From the sequence record MT611523.1: a stretch of 64,000 nt of DNA; one strand, written 5' to 3'. How positions within the stretch are numbered: position 1 is the first letter of the stretch; every line of letters starts with the position of its first letter. Below are positions 37,784 through 47,274 of the stretch, piece after piece. Under the pieces are notes generated by a model. That model saw only the letters and a list, made by a program, of their open reading frames with translations. It had not been told where the DNA came from and did no database searches. This stretch comes from Escherichia phage DK-13. Made by a program: the position numbers and the translations under genes.

Positions 37784-38139
37784 TTAGAGTTCAACCCTCT
37801 ATTATATGAATCCACTAACCTGTCAACCATACTGGTGCAGGCCGCCTTATATTTTGCACTTGAAAGAATGCAATCCATTTCAAATAATTTCTTTTCATAT
37901 TTGTTGGATAATACATTCTTTTTCAAAAGTGTATGTTCAACATCATTTTGGCCATCTTTATATGCCGCGGTGAGCTTGGCGCTGAACTGGATTACACAAT
38001 CCACATTGCTTGGTGCGCAATAATCTTTAGCCGTCCTCGTTGCATATTCTATGATGCTGTTGTTGTCATCGCTCTGTACTGAAGCTATTCCTCCCATGCT
38101 GAATACTAACCCTATGGCTAAAGTGATAACTCTTACCAT
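37780..38139 (-). CDS. Secreted/periplasmic protein
   Basis: 119 aa; signal peptide MVRVITLAIGLVFSMGGIASV; several Cys. Confidence 0.5.
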   Translation of the reverse strand: MVRVITLAIGLVFSMGGIASVQSDDNNSIIEYATRTAKDYCAPSNVDCVIQFSAKLTAAYKDGQNDVEHTLLKKNVLSNKYEKKLFEMDCILSSAKYKAACTSMVDRLVDSYNRGLNSK

Positions 38140-38141
38140 TT

Positions 38142-38684
38142 TTAATCCACCGTTTTTAATAGGCCTCGTGATTTTAAGTAGTTAGCTTTTTCTAGGACCT
38201 GTGAAGCATACGTATTACCAGCTTTCACATTCCATCCTGCGTTATATGATGATAGTGTTTTCCTTATATCCCCCTTATGAATATTCAACCAGTATGAAAG
38301 CTCAATGTAAGCCCAGCGTGCACTGTTCTCTCTCTTGCTTATCATCTTGATTATTTCTTTATCTGTCATTGTCCACCCAACCTGTTTCACGCGTTCGCGC
38401 ACGGTTGGAAGATAATTTTGGAATATACCATATGCATGATGCTTATCTTTATTTAATCCAGTATTAATCCCAGCAGAACTCTCCTGCCAGGTTAAACCAG
38501 CCATGATATATCCCAAACCATTATGTTGGTGCGGATTTTCTTTGTACTTACCATTTTTCTGGAACTGTTCTCCAAACGCATAAGCATATTGGAGGTTTTC
38601 CATTTGTTCATTACTGAAAGTAGGCTCTACGCTATGGGCAGACATACTAACTGTCAATAGTAAGGTGGCGATTACTTTTTTCAT
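38142..38684 (-). CDS. Secreted lytic-transglycosylase-like protein
   Basis: 180 aa; signal peptide MKKVIATLLLTVSMSAHS; WQESSAGI...AYGIFQ and SSYNAGWN resemble the SLT motifs ES...GLMQ and YN.G. Confidence 0.45.
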   Translation of the reverse strand: MKKVIATLLLTVSMSAHSVEPTFSNEQMENLQYAYAFGEQFQKNGKYKENPHQHNGLGYIMAGLTWQESSAGINTGLNKDKHHAYGIFQNYLPTVRERVKQVGWTMTDKEIIKMISKRENSARWAYIELSYWLNIHKGDIRKTLSSYNAGWNVKAGNTYASQVLEKANYLKSRGLLKTVD

Positions 38685-38694
38685 GAATTCCCCA

Positions 38695-39153
38695 TTAGAT
38701 ATAAATCACTTTTGTGCTAATTTTTCCTTCCAGACGATTAGAGTTAACAAACGCCATACGACAACACATGGTCGGAGACTTCCCAGGAATAGCGGGGTTA
38801 ACTGTCATTCCTAACCACAGGTTCTTGTCCGTGATTTCCAGACGAAGTGGACGGTAGTTCACATTCGGGTCAATTTGTGCTTCAACTTCCGGGAGTGGTT
38901 TCATCTCCAAGAATTCAACGATTTCTTTTACATGTGGTGTGATTTTTCCAAACAAGTCAAAAACATATTGTTCATCAATTTCACGTTGGATTGCACGGTC
39001 CAACAGGTGTGGACTGTACTTAATGAAGAATGCCTCAAGGCCTGCTTCTTTACAAGCCTTGTTGATAGCATTATTAATTTTGAGGAACTCCGTTTCAAAA
39101 ATGCGACGAAGTTTATTGCGGCGAATGTAAACACTTGAATCGATAGTAGTCAT
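38695..39153 (-). CDS. regB: RegB sequence-specific endoribonuclease
   Basis: Start at MTTIDSS gives 152 aa; strongly similar to T4 RegB (IRRNKLRR.FE.EF..INN...YS.HLLDRAIQREIDE.YVF.LF...CRMA..NS.RL.GK). Confidence 0.85.
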   Translation of the reverse strand: MTTIDSSVYIRRNKLRRIFETEFLKINNAINKACKEAGLEAFFIKYSPHLLDRAIQREIDEQYVFDLFGKITPHVKEIVEFLEMKPLPEVEAQIDPNVNYRPLRLEITDKNLWLGMTVNPAIPGKSPTMCCRMAFVNSNRLEGKISTKVIYI

Positions 39154-39209
39154 GATTATCTCCTTTTGTTTGATGGGATAATCATAACTCATTTCAATCT
39201 GCTTGTACA

Positions 39210-39789
<580 letters not shown>

Positions 39790-39793
<4 letters not shown>

Positions 39794-40008
39794 TTTACTT
39801 CCTCATCAGATGCAGTATCATATTCTACCAAACGAAGGCCATCATATCCACCACGAACAGAGATATATGTGCTCGGATAAACAATTTCTTTACCGTTCCA
39901 TTGGCCGCCGTCCCAACATTCCATAAAGTCTTGTTCGCCTTGTCCCTGGAACCAATCAACAAACATCTTCAGAGCTTCATCAGAGCCTTCAATTGTCAAT
40001 TTAGACAT
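39790..40008 (-). CDS. Hypothetical protein
   Basis: 72 aa ORF. Confidence 0.45.
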
Positions 40009-40297
40009 ATTTTTTCCAATCAGAAATCATATGAATCTCTTGGTCATAAGTCAAGAGACTACGAGTAATAATACCCTTACAAGGCCCAGAAATAAATTCC
40101 AGAGTAAAGTAAGGAACCTGTTTCATTAATCGGATGCTTGGCGCATGACATCTAAAACGAGAGCCCTTAAAGGGCCCTGTCATGAATACATATTCTAATG
40201 GATAGAAATAAGCATATTCGAAATTTGTAGTAAGGTCCTCTCTTCGGACCTTACGTGAGAAATAGCAGAACTCAAAAAGTTCTTCATCAGTCATCAT
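40001..40297 (-). CDS. Hypothetical protein
   Basis: 98 aa ORF. Confidence 0.45.
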   Translation of the reverse strand: MMTDEELFEFCYFSRKVRREDLTTNFEYAYFYPLEYVFMTGPFKGSRFRCHAPSIRLMKQVPYFTLEFISGPCKGIITRSLLTYDQEIHMISDWKKYV

Positions 40298-40821
40298 TGC
40301 ATTCCTATCACAAAGAACAGTGGCAGAGGTTTAGAACCTTGGCACATAAATTTATTCATCATTGTCTGATAAGCTTCATAGAACTTATCCATCGCTGGTA
40401 GGCGAATAGGCTCTTCAATAATAATCAATAATCGGGTAACAGACAGTCCACGATATTTGTGAAAATGATCTTCATCTAAAAATGAACGAACAGTATCATA
40501 TACAACAAAACCAGGTCGTTCAACATTAAGATGTGGCTGTGCTTTAGAAACCCGCTTTATTATATCACAGATTTCTCGTGAGCGATGCGAAGAACTCGAC
40601 ATAACAATTACATCATTACCCTTAGAAACCCAATCCGCAGCAAATTGTGCAATGGCACTTGTTTTACCTGTTTGCCTTCCGCCGTCAAGTCTAAGAGTAC
40701 CAAACTCTTGCATTCTTGAAGCGGGTTCATACCAGGTGTATTGGTCTGAATCTAAGCGTTCAATGGCGCGTTCAGCGAAGGCGTGCATTAAGGTTAGATA
40801 AATGGGAGTTAAAAATTTCAT
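40294..40821 (-). CDS. P-loop NTPase-like protein
   Basis: 175 aa; Walker A-like GGRQTGKTS. Confidence 0.5.
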   Translation of the reverse strand: MKFLTPIYLTLMHAFAERAIERLDSDQYTWYEPASRMQEFGTLRLDGGRQTGKTSAIAQFAADWVSKGNDVIVMSSSSHRSREICDIIKRVSKAQPHLNVERPGFVVYDTVRSFLDEDHFHKYRGLSVTRLLIIIEEPIRLPAMDKFYEAYQTMMNKFMCQGSKPLPLFFVIGMQ

Positions 40822-40981
40822 AGTTGCCTCTTAGTTGTGGGGCCGTTCCTTGGCACATAATTCATCCGTGTATCCGTATGTAAACCCTTTACCGCACTTG
40901 GGCTCGACCTTATTACAGGTAGGGAAAGGTCCATCACTCAGAGGACGCAACGTTCATGAGGAGAGGGTCGGCTTGCCTTTA

Positions 40982-41290
40982 TTAGAAAGAACCAGAGCCT
41001 TTAATTGTGTTCTGGCGACCTTTATTTTCTAATTCAGAATGGTCGATTTCGTATGCTTGTGCTACACCAAAGGCCTTTTTAACTTTAGCTAAAGAACCTT
41101 TAGATGTAACAATATTAAAAGTATTACCTTTGGTAAAATCAACCAAATCAACCAAATCAACTTGTACACCCTGTTTACCGAGGCTTGCGACAATAGCATC
41201 AACATATTGTTGGTCTAAAGTACCTTGGACTCCAATTTGGAATGCTTTAGGGGCTTTGGCTTCTGTGATAAATTCTTGATAAGTTTTCAT
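40982..41290 (-). CDS. Internal protein (capsid-targeted, IP family)
   Basis: N-terminus MKTYQEFITEA matches the T4 internal-protein capsid targeting sequence; start taken at that Met. Confidence 0.6.
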   Translation of the reverse strand: MKTYQEFITEAKAPKAFQIGVQGTLDQQYVDAIVASLGKQGVQVDLVDLVDFTKGNTFNIVTSKGSLAKVKKAFGVAQAYEIDHSELENKGRQNTIKGSGSF

Positions 41291-41338
41291 TTTATATTCC
41301 ATTGTTTGGCTGATAAAATCATTATACAACCTTTTTAG

Positions 41339-41755
41339 TTAAGCGTACACAGCTTTCCCATAGTATTTGTACCAAGCAGGCTTTTGAGAAATTTTCTCAT
41401 TCAGTCTGGCTTGACTGATTTCAATTGACCAGATTGATGGTTGATAATCATTCTTCCATTCATCAGGAATATCAGTTAAATCTTGGGTAGAAATATCTTT
41501 TATGTTAAACCCTCGCTTTAAACATTCCGCAATAAGTTCTTGATGCCGGTTTTTAAGGAACAAAAGCTTATCATAAAAGAAGGTGACATGACCAGTCCCT
41601 AAAAGGAAAGATGATGGGATTTTAAAGTCAGAAACCTTTTTACCATTTTGCACATGCTTACGAACAGCACCAAACACGCGAGGAAGCTCACGATATTCAG
41701 CCATAAGGTGTTGGTCAGCAAGTTCAGATACCAGGGTCAAATTAATGCGAGTCAT
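41339..41755 (-). CDS. denV: DenV endonuclease V (pyrimidine dimer DNA glycosylase)
   Basis: 138 aa; near-identical to T4 endo V over most of its length ([35 protein letters not shown]...). Confidence 0.95.
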   Translation of the reverse strand: MTRINLTLVSELADQHLMAEYRELPRVFGAVRKHVQNGKKVSDFKIPSSFLLGTGHVTFFYDKLLFLKNRHQELIAECLKRGFNIKDISTQDLTDIPDEWKNDYQPSIWSIEISQARLNEKISQKPAWYKYYGKAVYA

Positions 41756-41812
41756 GTTTGTTCTCCGTAGTTGATAGGGTCATTATAACCCTATCGTTTG
41801 GAGATGTACATC
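41756..41812 (-). promoter_or_regulatory. PeSL-like early promoter cassette (family A) with stem-loop
   Basis: Inverted repeat GATAGGGT/ACCCTATC enclosing TATAAT, then leader CAACTACGGAG before the denV ATG. Confidence 0.5.
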
Positions 41813-42080
41813 ATTTCTTAGAGTATTGACCCATAAGTTTAGCGATATCACCCAATTTCTGATTAAACAAATAATCCACTTCTTTGCCAGATTTATCTAC
41901 AATTTGCCACTGGCCATTTCCTTTGTTACCAAAGGTCCAATCACCAACTTTAAATGAAGTTCCATTAACTTTTTTAATAGAAGTAAACTCAAAGCCTTCT
42001 TTCTTAGCTAAAAATGCCATGCGGCTTTCATCTGATTCATTTAATACAGATTCAGCCAAAAATTCTTGATACGTTTTCAT
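41811..42080 (-). CDS. Internal protein (capsid-targeted, ipII/ipIII position)
   Basis: 89 aa; N-terminus MKTYQEFLAES; located between e and denV as ipII/ipIII in T4. Confidence 0.65.
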   Translation of the reverse strand: MKTYQEFLAESVLNESDESRMAFLAKKEGFEFTSIKKVNGTSFKVGDWTFGNKGNGQWQIVDKSGKEVDYLFNQKLGDIAKLMGQYSKK

Positions 42081-42088
42081 ATTTTACC

Positions 42089-42580
42089 TTATTTGTATGC
42101 GTCAAAAGTTCCGGTGCGGAAAGTTTCAATAACTCGTTTAGCCCGGTTCGGAGTCTGGACTTTATACCATCTTGAGTCTGCCAGTTCCTTGGCAGCCGCT
42201 TCCCATGATTTAGCCTTCAGCAATCGCATACCCTTAGGAAAACCAGCAACACCAGCAACACCCATCTGGAATACCATATTAATGAGTGCACAACGACGAA
42301 CTTCATCAAGTACATCATAAACAGGTTTTAAGACAGGATGCCTCAAGATTCCGGCTTTAGCTTTTTCGACCGAACGGTTAAACAATGTTTCAGCTTCGTG
42401 CTGGGTTATGCGACCATTACAGACGCGACCCATGAGCTTATCGAGCTCAGCACGAGCAACATCTTTTGATGGGTTCTTAGTTATCAGTTGCCCAATACCA
42501 ATGGTCCAAAAACCTTCGGTATCTTTATACAAATCTAACTTACAACCTTCATCTATGCGTAACATTTCGAATATATTCAT
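42089..42580 (-). CDS. e: Lysozyme (endolysin, gene e)
   Basis: 163 aa; strongly similar to T4 lysozyme ([12 protein letters not shown]...YKDTEG..TIGIG...[17 protein letters not shown]). Confidence 0.96.
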   Translation of the reverse strand: MNIFEMLRIDEGCKLDLYKDTEGFWTIGIGQLITKNPSKDVARAELDKLMGRVCNGRITQHEAETLFNRSVEKAKAGILRHPVLKPVYDVLDEVRRCALINMVFQMGVAGVAGFPKGMRLLKAKSWEAAAKELADSRWYKVQTPNRAKRVIETFRTGTFDAYK

Positions 42581-42583
42581 AAT

Positions 42584-42601
42584 ACCCCCTTATATAGGGG
42601 T
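42584..42601 (-). promoter_or_regulatory. Translation-initiation hairpin upstream of gene e
   Basis: CCCC...GGGG stem-loop sequestering the AAGGGGG RBS immediately upstream of the e ATG, comparable to the known T4 e regulatory hairpin. Confidence 0.45.
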
Positions 42602-42606
42602 ATTTA

Positions 42607-43068
42607 TTATCCGAAAATTTGAGTCATTACCTTGTACATCGATTTGCCCATCACATACTGCCATTGACTCGGTTTAATCAGAGCAAATGCATCGAACTCT
42701 GGAACCGAACTACCATCCGGGAAGGTATGATAGGCAGAGCATTTACTATGTCTGAACTGCTCATGCTCGACCGGAACCGTGTACAGAAACAGGTGAAGAT
42801 TTTTGTTATCTGAATAACGGAATTCACCCAGGTCCTTTAAGAATGCTGGGTCATATTGGGTAAACCCGGTTTCTTCTTCGGTTTCACGGATAGCAGCTTC
42901 AATCGGGGATTCACCAGCTTCAACATGACCCTTAGGGATGTCCCATTTGTGTGCAGGCATACCTGGTTTACGAGAACCAGTCACACGACCCATGAATAAC
43001 TCTTTATCTTCAGTCATGAAAATAATACCAGCAGATAATTCTTTCACCTTGTTTTTCTTACTCATCAT
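42607..43068 (-). CDS. nudE: NudE Nudix hydrolase
   Basis: Nudix box GHVEAGESPIEAAIRETEEETGF; start at MMSKKNK gives about 153 aa; adjacent to e as T4 e.1. Confidence 0.8.
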   Translation of the reverse strand: MMSKKNKVKELSAGIIFMTEDKELFMGRVTGSRKPGMPAHKWDIPKGHVEAGESPIEAAIRETEEETGFTQYDPAFLKDLGEFRYSDNKNLHLFLYTVPVEHEQFRHSKCSAYHTFPDGSSVPEFDAFALIKPSQWQYVMGKSMYKVMTQIFG

Positions 43069-43294
43069 CGCGTTCCCAAGATTTTTTAAAGATTTCAGCC
43101 ATAATAATTTCGATGCGTGTTTCTGTTGAAGGCGATTCACTATCAGAAGTTTGAACTCTGTATTCAGAAATCGGGCAGAACAAGTCCAGGTCAATTTCTA
43201 AATCATCTTTGATTTCAATTTCGGGTGTACCTGTATCATAGGAATACAGATAAGAATCACATGACTCAGATTTAATATAAATTGCAATACTCAT
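43058..43294 (-). CDS. Hypothetical acidic protein
   Basis: 78 aa ORF. Confidence 0.45.
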   Translation of the reverse strand: MSIAIYIKSESCDSYLYSYDTGTPEIEIKDDLEIDLDLFCPISEYRVQTSDSESPSTETRIEIIMAEIFKKSWERDDE

Positions 43295-43875
43295 TTACGG
43301 CATTCCTCAATAAAAGAATTTAATGTATTTTTCTTAGCGATATCGTCGTATACCTTTTTAACTTTAGAAATACGAAAAGGTACTTCAATAGCCATAGTCC
43401 ATAAAAATGATGCAATAAGACCTAAGATAGCGGCAGAAATCGCTGAAGCGAATACACAAATAGGCAGGTCGTTATCTGTTGTCAGGAAAAACCCTAGGAG
43501 TGGGAAAAATAATATCCCCATCCAAACATAGAACCTAGAACTCACTAATTTGTCATATTCATCACTCCAGGTACGAAATCCATATTTCTTACTATAAGAA
43601 ATTAATGGGTCGGGTGTCTGTTCTTTGAGTGGTTCCGGTTGATACCCATTAACAATATATCCCATTTTATATTCCTTAATTAAAAGCTCTTTCACATGAC
43701 GATTACATCGCGACCAATCAACGTTTTCAACCTTGATTCCTTCATCACCATCATCAAGGTCCGCCCAATATCTTTTGGTAATCATAAATTCGTCTCTTGA
43801 GACAATAATTCCGGCATTTTCTGGGCGACGGATGAAGTTTACATCAACACCCATACAACCAGGTTCATACAGCAT
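43291..43875 (-). CDS. Membrane protein
   Basis: 194 aa; two TM helices; C-terminus ...NSFIEECRK. Confidence 0.5.
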   Translation of the reverse strand: MLYEPGCMGVDVNFIRRPENAGIIVSRDEFMITKRYWADLDDGDEGIKVENVDWSRCNRHVKELLIKEYKMGYIVNGYQPEPLKEQTPDPLISYSKKYGFRTWSDEYDKLVSSRFYVWMGILFFPLLGFFLTTDNDLPICVFASAISAAILGLIASFLWTMAIEVPFRISKVKKVYDDIAKKNTLNSFIEECRK

Positions 43876-44561
43876 TACCAGCCCTCCATAGGGAATTCCA
43901 GATAAACTTGAGCATTAACGCGGATTTCGTTTGTAATCTTTTTAACACGGTCAGTGTTACGAGATACACGACCAAACCAACGCCAACCGTTACTTACTGC
44001 GCGAGAACCTGTATGCCATGTCTGCCAATCAAACTGGAGCAACGTGCGGTCAGGAGCATCCCACTTGGTTAATTCATTGGACTCAATTTTTTCCAGAACT
44101 TCTTTATGCCACTGGCGATAGATAAGTTCGCCTTCAGGAATCTGACTAAATTGCGCAGTTCCGGTTGCAAAATAAGTAGGACACACATCAGCGTTAACAA
44201 GACCAAGAATATGTTCAGAATGGTAACGAGGATTATCATAATCAGGTTGCCCTGCGGTAATAAAGTGTTGACCAACCGGAATATCCGGGCGTGGTACATC
44301 ATCATGGTGATAACCTGGGATAGCGGGGTACCAACCAGGCATCAGCATATGAACCCGAGAATCAAATACAACCTGGTCGGTGTTCCAATCATCCGGCAGA
44401 CTCATGATAAAGCTACGAGTAATAGGGCCACCATTGTCAAAAGCGAAAGCCAATGAGCTGTTAAAGAACATAGTTTCGTTTTTGATTTTATCATTAGAAA
44501 TTTTACCAGCGAAACTGCCTACTGCATGAGCTTGAGAATTAAAAGTTTTTGGACCGTTCAT
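43875..44561 (-). CDS. Hypothetical protein
   Basis: 228 aa Trp/Pro-rich ORF. Confidence 0.5.
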   Translation of the reverse strand: MNGPKTFNSQAHAVGSFAGKISNDKIKNETMFFNSSLAFAFDNGGPITRSFIMSLPDDWNTDQVVFDSRVHMLMPGWYPAIPGYHHDDVPRPDIPVGQHFITAGQPDYDNPRYHSEHILGLVNADVCPTYFATGTAQFSQIPEGELIYRQWHKEVLEKIESNELTKWDAPDRTLLQFDWQTWHTGSRAVSNGWRWFGRVSRNTDRVKKITNEIRVNAQVYLEFPMEGW

Positions 44562-44620
44562 AATATTTTCCTCATTGATTGTGGGACCATTGTGTCATAG
44601 CCCCACTTGGATGTACACAA

Positions 44621-45580
44621 TTATTTTTCGAAAGGGCGAATTAAATGCTGGTTAGCTTTGAAACGTTTAACATAGTCTTCGTGACCCAGGGTGTTATACA
44701 TATTAACCACTTCCTGGTAATGTTCCCAGGCATACTCACGGAACCATCCAGAAGTAATGGAGGTGCAGACTTTTTCCAGCGCAATATGGAAGCTCACGGA
44801 TGGAGAGATATTGAACTCATTGGGAACCTGCGAACGCTCCAGAGCAAGTACACATGCTTCTTCATAAACCCCTGCCAGTTTAATAATCTCAGGGAGTGCT
44901 TCAAATTTTTCACGCGAGGTCATAACTTCTGAATCATCTTTCATATAGAACTTATATGCAGGCTTATCAGCAAGCGCCACGGCCTCGTGGATGGAGTCAT
45001 GGTCAAGGGTATAGATTGTATCATTAAAGAAAGTTTTCTTGCCCACGTCTAGTTTAGGGTGACTATATGACAATGTTTCTGCCTGGCGCTGCAGCATGAT
45101 TTTATGCAGTTCGTCATTAAGAACAACACCCTTATTGCGAAGGTAATTAATATGACTCATAGTCTTCAGGAAGAATGGATTGTTCTTCAGGTAACGATGA
45201 GACAATTTAATTGCCAGACAAATATCAGGAGTCGCCCAATAGAAACCTGTAAGACGGTCTTTCTTAATATGATTTTCAGCGTATTTCAAGAGACGATAAC
45301 TTGAGGTAAAATCTTCCTCTTGCAACTCATCAGTCAGCTCACGAACGCTTGTCAGCGCGCGGACAATGTACGCTTCAAAATAGGTTTCTTTACCATTGTG
45401 CATACATTTAAAAGCTTGGACATCAGGGTTATCCACAGGAACATGAGCACCGAACATACGTGCTTTAAAGTGGTTCCAGGAGCCCTGGTCAGCGATAAAG
45501 TCCCAATCAGAGTTTTCAATTTTCTGACTTTCAATCAGACCAGAGTTATGTAATGCACGAGAACCAATAACTAACATCAT
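44621..45580 (-). CDS. Hypothetical protein
   Basis: 319 aa ORF preceded by a family-A promoter cassette. Confidence 0.5.
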   Translation of the reverse strand: MMLVIGSRALHNSGLIESQKIENSDWDFIADQGSWNHFKARMFGAHVPVDNPDVQAFKCMHNGKETYFEAYIVRALTSVRELTDELQEEDFTSSYRLLKYAENHIKKDRLTGFYWATPDICLAIKLSHRYLKNNPFFLKTMSHINYLRNKGVVLNDELHKIMLQRQAETLSYSHPKLDVGKKTFFNDTIYTLDHDSIHEAVALADKPAYKFYMKDDSEVMTSREKFEALPEIIKLAGVYEEACVLALERSQVPNEFNISPSVSFHIALEKVCTSITSGWFREYAWEHYQEVVNMYNTLGHEDYVKRFKANQHLIRPFEK

Positions 45581-45655
45581 AATATTTTCCTCATTAGTTG
45601 ACGAGATAATGATACTACGTTTCTTTAGACTTGTATACTAAATCTTGTACATAAT
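45581..45655 (-). promoter_or_regulatory. Early promoter cassette (family A variant)
   Basis: Minus strand TGTACA...GTAGTATCATTATCTCGTCAACTAATGAGGAAAAT then ATG. Confidence 0.4.
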
Positions 45656-45681
45656 TTTCTTATCACATCCTTGTGATTAAA

Positions 45682-45909
45682 TTATTTTCCTAACGAAATA
45701 CGAGTAGGTTTTTTGCCAAAATATTCTTCATAAGAACCATCTAAACGACCCGCTTTAGACCGACAGTATGAATCGTACTTTTTGTAATAAGTCATCTCAG
45801 TATTATAACGCGGGTGTCTATCAGCCATAATAATACTTAATGGCCAACCTTTGGCATAATCGCGAAGACCATTTATTTTACTAATGTATCTTTTCTTTAA
45901 TTTTAGCAT
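45682..45909 (-). CDS. Hypothetical basic protein
   Basis: 75 aa ORF. Confidence 0.45.
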   Translation of the reverse strand: MLKLKKRYISKINGLRDYAKGWPLSIIMADRHPRYNTEMTYYKKYDSYCRSKAGRLDGSYEEYFGKKPTRISLGK

Positions 45910-46127
45910 GAGCTCGGGTACCAGATTTTACCGTCGGCGCGGGCAACGAAGGTACGACCAGCTTCTTCGCCGTAACAAGAGCTATTCAGCCAATCTTCAA
46001 GACGAACTTCACCGTCATAATCATCTAGCTCAACACCAAAATCCTGAGCAGAAGCCATATCTTTTACTTTCTTATACAGGGCAGCCAGTTCAAGAGCAGC
46101 TTTTTCTAATTCGTTAATATCAGTCAT
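45903..46127 (-). CDS. Small protein, WVSSSxEC-tail family (divergent member)
   Basis: 74 aa, ends GKIWYPSSC; last of four tandem paralogs. Confidence 0.5.
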   Translation of the reverse strand: MTDINELEKAALELAALYKKVKDMASAQDFGVELDDYDGEVRLEDWLNSSCYGEEAGRTFVARADGKIWYPSSC

Positions 46128-46136
46128 TTTTATTCC

Positions 46137-46349
46137 TTAGCATTCGTAAGAGGAGGACACCCAAGAGGTACCACTAATTGTAATACAACCATTATAAAGC
46201 GTAATATGTCGTTCTAGGTCACGAACACCATCAATGTAGATATCAGCTTCTTCGCGTTCTTCTTTACAAATCTGGATAACGTTTTCAATAGCTGCCGCGG
46301 CAGTACGGATTGCACAATCTAATTCACGAGACATATAATTCCTTAACAT
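46137..46349 (-). CDS. Small protein, WVSSSxEC-tail family
   Basis: 70 aa, ends GTSWVSSSYEC. Confidence 0.5.
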   Translation of the reverse strand: MLRNYMSRELDCAIRTAAAAIENVIQICKEEREEADIYIDGVRDLERHITLYNGCITISGTSWVSSSYEC

Positions 46350-46624
46350 TCAGAAGAGGAGGACACCCAACCGCCATTTTCCAGGTCAGTTGTATAGTCA
46401 TGAGTGTTAACAATAGCCCATTCAGGATGGCCATATTCTTCCCAATGGGCAAGGTCAGCTTTCAAGGCACCAAGAGAATAATAGTCACCGCCCATACCGC
46501 GAGCAGGGTATATATTAAAATGAGTCTCATATTTGTTTGCAATTTCCTCGGCACGCCGAATAGCTTTATGGATGTCATTTACTGCGTTAGCCAGTTCTTT
46601 ATTTTTACGGTAATCATTCACCAT
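46343..46624 (-). CDS. Small protein, WVSSSxEC-tail family
   Basis: 93 aa, ends ENGGWVSSSSEC. Confidence 0.5.
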   Translation of the reverse strand: MVNDYRKNKELANAVNDIHKAIRRAEEIANKYETHFNIYPARGMGGDYYSLGALKADLAHWEEYGHPEWAIVNTHDYTTDLENGGWVSSSSEC

Positions 46625-46633
46625 AACGTTTCC

Positions 46634-46924
46634 TTAGCACATTGCCGAAGAGGAGACCCAAGCACCAACTGTAACGACACCGTTTTCAACTTCACCGCCG
46701 TTGTTTTCAATTTCATCTTTAAACCACTGGGAGCATTCATAACCGACAGGATAATATGTACGGCCTGAACCATAATCACCGGTACCGAATTGGATACCAT
46801 ATTCATCTGCGATTTCTTCGCAGTGTTTTTCAATTTCAGAGGTCTTATTTAGAAGAGAATAGATGGCTTTTTCTGCAGATTTCTCATCATAATACTTGGG
46901 GATAGCAATTTCAATTTTATTCAT
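46634..46924 (-). CDS. Small protein, WVSSSxEC-tail family
   Basis: 96 aa, ends VGAWVSSSAMC; shares YY..G and ENGG motifs with 46343-46624. Confidence 0.5.
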   Translation of the reverse strand: MNKIEIAIPKYYDEKSAEKAIYSLLNKTSEIEKHCEEIADEYGIQFGTGDYGSGRTYYPVGYECSQWFKDEIENNGGEVENGVVTVGAWVSSSAMC

Positions 46925-47274
46925 GATTTACATTCCTTAATAAAGGTTTCAAGGTCATTACGTTTTGTTTTGTCTAGGAACTTATTATACTCAGCCATTG
47001 CCGAAGCATATCTCTTACGGCTAGGAGCATTCACTGCATTTGTGTGACAGATATCATAAACAACCGGGATAAAATAAGCCACAACAGCCGGAGCAATTAT
47101 CATAAAGAAGCCCATCTCAATAGGCATGACTCCCTCGATTGCAGCCATAACCGTGGTCATTACCAGACCAACCAAACCACCGAGCATACCGGTGACAATT
47201 CCCAATAATAAATTGCCGCCAATATCATATTCAGCCAATTGATAAACATGTGATGCAAGACTAGGCCGTTCCAT
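46921..47274 (-). CDS. Membrane protein
   Basis: Start at MERPSLAS (AAGGAGG RBS); two TM helices; C-terminus ETFIKECKS. Confidence 0.5.
   Translation of the reverse strand: MERPSLASHVYQLAEYDIGGNLLLGIVTGMLGGLVGLVMTTVMAAIEGVMPIEMGFFMIIAPAVVAYFIPVVYDICHTNAVNAPSRKRYASAMAEYNKFLDKTKRNDLETFIKECKS

Noticed and set aside
40846-40866. TTGGCAC-containing motif resembling a sigma-54 -24 element
   Set aside because: No properly spaced -12 GC element; orientation and context fit a repeated leader sequence instead.
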